From the NCBI GenBank assembly GCA_963718915.1, contig CAVRAI010000003.1:750001-782000 (forward strand): a stretch of 32,000 bases of DNA, in the 5' to 3' direction. The translations under genes were made by a program, and so were the position numbers. The DNA comes from an uncultured Chloroflexia bacterium. Lineage in GTDB: Bacteria; Chloroflexota; Ktedonobacteria; Ktedonobacterales; JADMIN01. Shown here in pieces: positions 25,527 to 32,000 of the stretch (its first letter is position 1; the number at the start of each line of letters is the position of its first letter). Under the pieces are notes generated by a model. The model saw only the letters and a program-made list of their open reading frames with translations, was not told the DNA's origin and made no database searches.

Positions 25527-26060
25527 TCAACAGCCGCCTGGAGCGGCGTGGGGGAAACTCCCAACCAGGATGAGCAGGCGCAGCACATTGTCAGGCGAGG
25601 CGCGCGTGAGTGTGATAGAGAGCGCGCGGTTCCCATTGAGGGCCGCCACCAACGCCTGACCGTTCTCAGTGGAGTCAGACAGCATGATCGTCTGAACGCA
25701 CTGCCACCCAGCGCCGGGGAGATGCGTCGCATACAGATCGGAGACGGTATCGACCTGCGCCCCAGCCCCAGAGACCGTGAAGGACCAGGTCTCGGCAGTC
25801 ACGCCGGAAAGCTGGGGGCCAGGGTTCGGCTGGCCCGCGAACTGCGCTCCGGCGGGCAGCGGGATGTCGCAGGTGAGGCCGTGGCGCGCGGGTTCGGTGA
25901 GACCACACAGGCGCGGCGCGACGAGGAAAGCGCCCGTGGCTCCGAGGAGCACCAGGAAGAGAACCACTATGAGCGCGATGATGAGCGGGCGTCTGCTACG
26001 GCCCATCTGAGGGGTAGGCATCGGCATCTCAGGGGACGCGGAAGAAGCGGATGCGGACAT
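25527..26060 (-). CDS. single-pass membrane-anchored hypothetical protein
   Basis: 177-aa ORF with a TM helix PLIIALIVVLFLVLLGATGAFLV after a Ser/Pro-rich N-terminus, then a ~120-aa C-terminal domain. No family recognised. Confidence 0.55.
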   Translation of the reverse strand: MSASASSASPEMPMPTPQMGRSRRPLIIALIVVLFLVLLGATGAFLVAPRLCGLTEPARHGLTCDIPLPAGAQFAGQPNPGPQLSGVTAETWSFTVSGAGAQVDTVSDLYATHLPGAGWQCVQTIMLSDSTENGQALVAALNGNRALSITLTRASPDNVLRLLILVGSFPHAAPGGC

Positions 26061-26186
26061 GGATGAATCTCCGAATACGCACAGAACACCACCCAGAACA
26101 CATAGAGCTTACAAACGGACGGTGAGCAGTCCGCTGCCAGTCTAGCACGTCTGTCAAGCTCGTCGACACCTAGCTGCGGTCGGCCG

Positions 26187-26445
26187 TCAGCCAGGAATGA
26201 TTGGCGCATTCTGCCAGGCGACCAGTTGGCCCGCGTAGTCCCAGGTCAGTTGCTGGTTGGTGGTTGCGCCAGCATTGCAGGTGGTGCTGCCATCGGGCGC
26301 GCGGCAGACCATATACCTGCGGCGTCATAGCTGGCGGTGTAGGCGCTCCCACCCGAACCCATCGCGGTCGCGTCGTGCAGGTGCGCGCTGTCGCCGTAGA
26401 TGTAGCTGCCCGATGGTCCAACCGTCAGCCGATTGAGCGCGTCGT
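26187..26445 (-). pseudogene. Rhs/YD-repeat core fragment, internally frameshifted
   Basis: Two frames read ...HDALNRLTVGPSGSYIYGDSAHLHDATAMGSGGSAYTASYDAAG, then a 2-nt gap at 26313-26314, then MVCRAPDGSTTCNAGATTNQQLTWDYAGQLVAWQNAPIIPG*. The YD..G / WD..G..V periodicity is typical of Rhs cores. The 5' part overlaps the 3' end of the TPR gene out of frame. Confidence 0.55.
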
Positions 26446-27570
26446 GGCTAAAGCACTGTGGTCGATGAGACGTGCAATCAACGAACCTAGAGGAATCCTC
26501 GACGCGGCCATGCGTAATGCAAGTCCACGACGTGCAGTATCAAAAGCTTCATCGACCCGTCCTAAATTGCGTAACGCCTGCGCCTTGCCGCTCCATGCAT
26601 GCCATATATAGATATGGTTGGGGTCAATTTCAATGGCGCGATCAAAATCCTCCAAAGCATCTGTGTCCTGGCGCAACGAGAGTAACAGCGTGCCCCGGGC
26701 AATCCATAGTGTAGAGTCAGACTCATCAAGAGTACCAGCGCGGGTGAACGCTGTGAGCGCCTCATCTATTCGTCCTAGCTTCTGCAAAGCAATTCCCTTG
26801 CCTTGCCAAGCGCGTGCCAGGTTGTCTTCGATCTCGAGTGCTCGGTCAATTGCATGTAGCGCCTCTGAGAAGCGCTTGAGGGCATTGAGCGTTTCCCCTC
26901 GTCCAAGCCAGGCAGGAGCGAATCGCTGATCCAGTGCCAACGCATGGCGATAAGCCATGAGTGCTTGCTGATTCCGATGAAACCAGCGATGGTTTTCTGC
27001 TATATTGTACCAGGCAATCGTAAAGGCTGAGTCCAATGAGATCGCTTGTTGCCATGCGATTAGCGCCTCCCGACGCCGGGACATTCCCTGCAATGCTACG
27101 CCTTTTTCGTTCCAGGCCCGCGCAGTGGCAGGGTCTATCCTCAACGCCTGATTGGCTGCAGCCAAAGCCTCGTCATCGCGATGCAGGTCATGAAATGTCC
27201 CGCTCATGTTGACCCATGCCCCGGCTAATCGCGGATCAAGGGTGACTGCCTGCTGATAGGCTGCCAGCGCCTCATCATAGCGACGGAGCTTACCAAGCAC
27301 GTCGGCGTAGTTAGCCCACGTCGAAGCGATACCCCCATCGAGAACGAGGGCATGCTCGAAAGTCTCCAGCGCTTCTTCATAGCGACGGAGAGTGACTAAC
27401 ACATACCCTTTTTGACGCCATGCCAGCACATCCCTAGGGTGCTCCGTGAGCCGTTGGTCAAGCGCCTCAAGTGTTTCCGATTCTAGCCGCTGATTGTCCA
27501 CAGCCGCATTGAGGTCGTCCCATAGCGGTCCGTTGTCCTGGCTCATCAGGCTCTCCTGTCCAGCTTCCAC
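26425..27570 (-). CDS. tetratricopeptide-repeat (TPR) protein, ~9-10 repeats
   Basis: 381-aa ORF with repeating 34-aa units (…AWRQKGYVLVTLRRYEEALETFEHALVLD…, …AWNEKGVALQGMSRRREALIAWQQAISLD…). GC is lower than in the neighbouring genes. The start is GTG 27570 or, perhaps better, ATG 27546 (GGAGAG SD). Confidence 0.85.
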   Translation of the reverse strand: MEAGQESLMSQDNGPLWDDLNAAVDNQRLESETLEALDQRLTEHPRDVLAWRQKGYVLVTLRRYEEALETFEHALVLDGGIASTWANYADVLGKLRRYDEALAAYQQAVTLDPRLAGAWVNMSGTFHDLHRDDEALAAANQALRIDPATARAWNEKGVALQGMSRRREALIAWQQAISLDSAFTIAWYNIAENHRWFHRNQQALMAYRHALALDQRFAPAWLGRGETLNALKRFSEALHAIDRALEIEDNLARAWQGKGIALQKLGRIDEALTAFTRAGTLDESDSTLWIARGTLLLSLRQDTDALEDFDRAIEIDPNHIYIWHAWSGKAQALRNLGRVDEAFDTARRGLALRMAASRIPLGSLIARLIDHSALATTRSIG

Positions 27571-27723
27571 GCCTTCTCATTGGTTTCCTCTATCATAAAC
27601 TATACGTGTTCTCTCCCCATCTGTAGCGAAATGGCGCGCTCTGCCGCCTTGACGCCACTCCGTGCCTTCCGCCATCATAGAGAACGCACGTTCTATTTTG
27701 GATATGAAGAGACGGGGGAAGCT

Positions 27724-27969
27724 ATGGATACTGCTGGGAAAACGCGGGCGCTCGATACGTCTGGGCAGGCGCAAGGAAGCGCGTTGCCCACTTTGGAGCC
27801 AGAGACAGGTGGGACAGCGCGCGGGCTGCTGGGTCCGCTGATCGAGATGATGGGCGCCGAGGGCGACTCGCTGCAAGGGACGCTGGCGGCGTGGCAGCGC
27901 GAGCAGGATCGCCTGGCCAATCGCGCGTGGCGGCGGCCCGGTGGGATGGCGCGGCCCGCTGGCCTGTAA
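27724..27969 (+). CDS. hypothetical small protein (81 aa)
   Basis: ATG at 27724 after GGGGGAAG. It is co-directional with, and 45 nt upstream of, the tail-like gene. No motif recognised. Confidence 0.4.
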   Translation: MDTAGKTRALDTSGQAQGSALPTLEPETGGTARGLLGPLIEMMGAEGDSLQGTLAAWQREQDRLANRAWRRPGGMARPAGL

Positions 27970-28014
27970 TATGTGCCGCCCGATGGAGATGGGATGGGGA
28001 GGGAGGCTGAAACG

Positions 28015-29499
28015 ATGACACGCGAGACGCTGGCGCTCTGGGCGTATACCCCGCCGGGCGGACCATGGCCGCTGGTGGCGACCGACTACGGCGCGCGGAT
28101 CGAGGCGCTGGAGTTCACCACCGTCGCGCCGGGCGGCTTCGGCGATCTCTCCTGCATCCTCAAGCTGCCCGATGCGCGGCTGCCCCGGCCAGAGCTGGGG
28201 CTGTTCTCGCGGGTGGCGCTGCGCGATGGCCTCTTCACCTGCTTCTCCGGCGAGTGGAGCGATCCGACGCTGGTGATGGATAGCACGCGCGGTGAGTACA
28301 TGATGCTCTCTGCCCTTGGCGGCGGTGTGGCGTTGCGTGACGATCCAGACGATACGGCCTATACCTCAGCGACCACCGCCCAGAATATCCTCGCCGCCGA
28401 ATTCGCCCGGCGCGCCAGCTACCTCGCCCTCGATGGTGACCTCGCCGCCGTCCTGCCCGACCATCCGGCCAACACCTTCACGCCGGTCTACGACGGCTAT
28501 ACGCTCGAAGAGATCCTGCACGACCTGACAGGCGCCCTCGGCGACTACACCTGGACGGTCTACGAGCATCCCACCCATACCGACGCCGCTGGATTGCCGA
28601 CGTGGCAGCTGCGCGCCCACCAGCGCGATGTCACGACAACCAACTACCTGGCGCTCGGCGCCGATATTCTCGAGTGGCGGGTGGCTCCTTCGGCGCAGCG
28701 GGCCTATAACGTCGTGCAGGTGGCGTATGTCGATCCGGTGGCTGGCCCTGGCAGTGTCACGGTCAGCGATCCGCGGCTGGGGCCGGGCGGCGCGCAGGGT
28801 AACGCGCCCTTCCGTCGCCGCAAGCTCCGACGCAATCTGGGCAACCTGCCACTCACCGCCACGCAGGCCACCGCCATCGCCAACGCCTGGCTGGCGACCT
28901 ACAGCAATCCCAGCAACAAGATCGAGATTACGCTGCGCGCGGTGCGCGACGCCAGTGGCAACCCGCTGCCGCTGAGCCATGTGCGCGCCGACGCCAACCT
29001 CTTTGTGCCAGAGCTGGCGGTGCGTGGGCAGCAGCTCTCGTCTGGCCCGACGCCAGGCGTCAACCAGTTTTACATTATCGAATCGAGTTACCGTGAGACG
29101 GCATCCGGCGACGTGCGGCTGACGCTCCAGCTGGATAACTACGCCGACCGGGGCGAATCGCTGCTGGCGCGTCTGCAGATCGCCGACGAGGCGCGCCAGC
29201 GGCGGCGCGGCGTCTATCGCCCGGTGCAGTCTGCCGGCGCGCAACAGGTCGGCTATCTCTCGATTCGCGCGCCAGGCGCCAGCGCGGGCCAGCGGTTCGG
29301 CGTCGGCGTCAACTTCGTGCCGGTGCTCTCGAATACGCCGACGGGGCTGACCTTCACGGCGGTCACCAGCACGAATGTCGCCAGCGGGCCAACCGTGACG
29401 GCGGGCTCGATGACGCCCTATGGCTGCGAGGTCACGGTGACGGCATCGGCAACGGGTACGGTCGTCTGGACCGGCAAATATACGACCGTCGGCGCGTAA
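28015..29499 (+). CDS. hypothetical protein with weak resemblance to phage tail/baseplate proteins
   Basis: 494 aa from the ATG at 28015 (GGGAGGGAGG SD 8 nt upstream). It is beta-rich, and the C-terminal ~80 aa (…GLTFTAVTSTNVASGPTVTAGSMTPYGCEVTVTASATGTVVWTGKYT…) look like an Ig-like beta-sandwich. The functional call is impressionistic. Confidence 0.35.
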   Translation: MTRETLALWAYTPPGGPWPLVATDYGARIEALEFTTVAPGGFGDLSCILKLPDARLPRPELGLFSRVALRDGLFTCFSGEWSDPTLVMDSTRGEYMMLSALGGGVALRDDPDDTAYTSATTAQNILAAEFARRASYLALDGDLAAVLPDHPANTFTPVYDGYTLEEILHDLTGALGDYTWTVYEHPTHTDAAGLPTWQLRAHQRDVTTTNYLALGADILEWRVAPSAQRAYNVVQVAYVDPVAGPGSVTVSDPRLGPGGAQGNAPFRRRKLRRNLGNLPLTATQATAIANAWLATYSNPSNKIEITLRAVRDASGNPLPLSHVRADANLFVPELAVRGQQLSSGPTPGVNQFYIIESSYRETASGDVRLTLQLDNYADRGESLLARLQIADEARQRRRGVYRPVQSAGAQQVGYLSIRAPGASAGQRFGVGVNFVPVLSNTPTGLTFTAVTSTNVASGPTVTAGSMTPYGCEVTVTASATGTVVWTGKYTTVGA

Positions 29500-29517
29500 A
29501 AGTGTGGGAGGGGAGGC

Positions 29518-30573
29518 ATGGCGATGGCGGCGACAACAGCGACAACTGCGCAAAAGGTACATGTGGAAGTTCCAGGCTTTCAGGCGTTTGGCGAGTTCCA
29601 TGGCAGCAACAAAGATTGCAGCGCCGACGCCGAGTTGATGGCGCGTCACCCGCTGGATGGCTCGCCGCTGGACGCCGCGACGCTGAATCTCTGGTGGGGC
29701 GAATATTGGAACACCGGGCATCACACGTCGGGCGGGGCGACGCTTGACCATATCTACTGGCACCTGACGGGTAGCGCGCATAAGCTAGATCCGACTAAAG
29801 CCAGGGTCGTGAAGTATATCGGGACGGACAAGATCCCGCTGGCGCAGTTGCGTGCGGAGATCATCGCGGCGCTCTCACAGGGGCAGACGGTCATCACGTA
29901 CCTCGGTAAAGCGCTGGCTTTGCCCGACAACGAACATGGCGTCTACGGGCATTTTGTGGCGCTGGCTGGTGTGGATAGTGACCTGGGCTATCTGGTCGGC
30001 AATGGCGATACGACCGATGCGCTGGGTGGGCACGGGATCATCCCCACCCACTGGCACGGCTGGAATCAACTGGCGGCGGCTGAGATCAATGGCATGATAG
30101 CGTTAGAGAAAGTGACGGTGGCGAACGTGAGCACTATTCCGACAGGTTGGAAAGACGATGGCAAGACGCTGGTGGCGCCCAATGGCGTGCCGGTGGTCAT
30201 GGGTTTTCGCGAATATGTGCTGGCTCAGGCGGGAGTGGGTGGCTGGGACGCGAACAACTGGCCGCTGGCGGCGGAGCAGGTGATCGTGAGTGGCAGCGTC
30301 GAGCCGGGGAATACGGCGATTGGGCCGGGAAGCAGGCAAGACTTCCGGCTGACCTCGCTGGGCTGGACGGCGAGCCGAAACGTCTATGTGATCTACGTCG
30401 GGCAGGATATCCGCGCATTGGAGCAGCAACTCGCCGCGGCGAACGCCCATGTGGCGCAACTGGAGGCGCAGCTTGCCAGCATGCCCGCCCCCGCGCCCGC
30501 TGACCCGAAGGCCACGGAGGCGCTTGCCGCGATGGTGGAGCTGGCGAAGGCGCTCAAACTGGTGGCGGCGTAG
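29518..30573 (+). CDS. papain-like (C39/NlpC-like) cysteine peptidase-domain protein with a C-terminal coiled coil; possible lysin
   Basis: 351-aa ORF. Candidate catalytic Cys lies in ...GSNKDCSADAELMA... and His in ...VYGHFVALAGVDSD.... The C-terminus ...IRALEQQLAAANAHVAQLEAQLAS... is coiled-coil-like. The gene starts 19 nt after the upstream gene. Confidence 0.45.
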   Translation: MAMAATTATTAQKVHVEVPGFQAFGEFHGSNKDCSADAELMARHPLDGSPLDAATLNLWWGEYWNTGHHTSGGATLDHIYWHLTGSAHKLDPTKARVVKYIGTDKIPLAQLRAEIIAALSQGQTVITYLGKALALPDNEHGVYGHFVALAGVDSDLGYLVGNGDTTDALGGHGIIPTHWHGWNQLAAAEINGMIALEKVTVANVSTIPTGWKDDGKTLVAPNGVPVVMGFREYVLAQAGVGGWDANNWPLAAEQVIVSGSVEPGNTAIGPGSRQDFRLTSLGWTASRNVYVIYVGQDIRALEQQLAAANAHVAQLEAQLASMPAPAPADPKATEALAAMVELAKALKLVAA

Positions 30574-30742
30574 CCAGGCTCTTTCGTTGCTCCAGATAGA
30601 AGCGCTGAAGCATCATCAGGCGCCAGACAGCGTAGATGGCGGTCAGCATCCCGATGGAGAACGCGAGAATCGCCATCCAGAGCCGCGTGGGAACGCGCTG
30701 GGCATCCGCAGATCATTGCAGGCTGTTCGAGGCCATCATATG

Positions 30743-31966
30743 TTAGAGACTGTCGTAGGCTACTTCGCCATGTAAGATCTCGTCGAGGCCAGCAATTTCC
30801 GTTTCTTTGGAGACCCGCACCGGCTCGAACCGGTTGATCAGACGCAAGATGCCGTAGGTCACGACAAAGGCGTAGAGTGCGGCAATGGCGACGCCTGCCA
30901 CCTGGACAGCGAACTGGCGACCATTGCCTTCGAGCAATCCCGCGACCCCGTTGATGGCCGCGCTGGCGAAGACGCCCGTCAAGATGACACCAAGACCACC
31001 GCCAACTCCGTGCACGCCCCACACATCCAGCGCGTCGTCCCACTTCCGTCGCACACGGAGTTGAATCGCCAGATAGCAGACGCCAGCGGCGCACAGGCCG
31101 ATCACCAGCGCGGCCCAGGGCGGCACAAATCCAGCGGCAGGCGTGACCGTCGCGAGGCCAGCCACAGCGCCAGTGAGCGCGCCGGTCATGCTGGCGCGAT
31201 GTTCACGCCACCAGACGAGCGCCAGCCAGGCGACCATGCCCGCCGCCGCTGCTGTGTTCGTGTTGACGAACGCGACCGCCGCCACGCCGTTCGCCGCCAG
31301 CGCACTGCCGCCATTGAAGCCGAACCAGCCGAACCAGAGGAGGCCCGCGCCCAGCGCAACAAAGGGCACATTATGCGGAGTGGCGGAATCAGCGGTATGA
31401 AGCGTGCGGGGGCCGATGAAGAAGACCGCAGCGAGCGCCGCCATACCCGCGCTCAGGTGAACGACGATGCCGCCCGCGAAGTCCACGACGCCCATCTTGG
31501 CGAGAAAGCCTCCGCCCCAGACCCAATGGACGAAGGGAATGTAGACGAGCAGACTCCACAAGACGAGGAAAATGAGGTAGGCCTTGAAGCTGACTCGGTC
31601 GGCGAATGCGCCACTGATCAGGGCAGGAGTAATGATGGCGAACATCACCTGAAACAGGAAGAATGCGAGGAAGGGAATGGTTGGGGCATAGGTGTGGCTG
31701 GGGGCAAGGCCGACGCCCGCCAGGCCGACCTGGCGCAGATCACCAATGAGACCCAGCGTGTCGCCGCTATAGGCGAGGCTGAAGCCAACCAGCACCCAGA
31801 GGAGAGTTACCACACCCATGGCGATGAAACTCTGCATCATAATGGTCAAGACGTTTTTGCGACGTACCAATCCCCCATAGAAAAAGGCCAAGCCGGGCGT
31901 CATGACGAGGACCAACGCTGCGCTGAGCAGCACAAAACCAGTATCGGCGCCATTGATAGAACCCAT
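30743..31966 (-). CDS. amt: ammonium transporter
   Basis: 407-aa ORF with Amt family signatures ...DTGFVLLSAALVLVMTPGLAFFYGGLVR..., ...VDFAGGIVVHLSAG... and ...DVWGVHGVGG.... Confidence 0.95.
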   Translation of the reverse strand: MGSINGADTGFVLLSAALVLVMTPGLAFFYGGLVRRKNVLTIMMQSFIAMGVVTLLWVLVGFSLAYSGDTLGLIGDLRQVGLAGVGLAPSHTYAPTIPFLAFFLFQVMFAIITPALISGAFADRVSFKAYLIFLVLWSLLVYIPFVHWVWGGGFLAKMGVVDFAGGIVVHLSAGMAALAAVFFIGPRTLHTADSATPHNVPFVALGAGLLWFGWFGFNGGSALAANGVAAVAFVNTNTAAAAGMVAWLALVWWREHRASMTGALTGAVAGLATVTPAAGFVPPWAALVIGLCAAGVCYLAIQLRVRRKWDDALDVWGVHGVGGGLGVILTGVFASAAINGVAGLLEGNGRQFAVQVAGVAIAALYAFVVTYGILRLINRFEPVRVSKETEIAGLDEILHGEVAYDSL

Positions 31967-32000
31967 GAAGGAACTCTCCTCTGTGAGACTCGGTGGCGCG

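Noticed and set aside
28366-29781. 471-aa minus-strand ORF covering the tail-like gene.
   Set aside because: It is extremely Arg-rich and lacks an SD. The plus-strand frame has a strong SD and ordinary protein composition.

Overview
This is a 32-kb high-GC bacterial chromosomal window. Most genes look about 65-70% GC by eye and carry strong GGAGG-type Shine-Dalgarno sites. The lineage cannot be fixed from sequence alone; the gene content and GC-rich intergenic hairpin modules would fit Chloroflexota or Actinomycetota. I count about 30 real genes. The many long Arg/Ala/Pro-rich ORFs antisense to them are GC-driven shadows. Housekeeping genes are map, sucD-sucC, an HDAC-family gene plus aroE, ilvE, arginase, a GNAT and amt. 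The accessory content is more interesting. (1) A tightly packed five-gene minus-strand operon (546-9462) encodes a SWIM zinc-finger protein, a 525-aa helical protein, an AAA_5/MoxR-type ATPase, a 771-aa DUF5682-like protein and a CoxE-type VWA protein. I know of no characterised function for this operon, and it is my best candidate for an undescribed system. (2) Its ATPase is split inside the Walker A P-loop by a 423-aa LAGLIDADG intein (4843-6111) of visibly lower GC. (3) A low-GC islet between sucC and a DUF2330 gene holds a TIR/TPR-like gene with a 15-nt x4 tandem repeat. It also holds a small antitoxin gene with a truncated PIN remnant, bracketed by ~150-bp composite repeats. (4) There are two DinD-like genes. 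(5) Rhs/YD-repeat fragments flank a small membrane-protein gene next to a low-GC TPR gene. (6) A tail-like protein is paired with a papain-like peptidase. Five single-base frame disruptions (sucC, TIR gene, HDAC-family gene, DinD-like gene, Rhs fragment) point to either an error-prone assembly or gene decay. A family of modular GC-rich hairpin repeats fills several intergenic regions. I found no rRNA, tRNA or CRISPR array.
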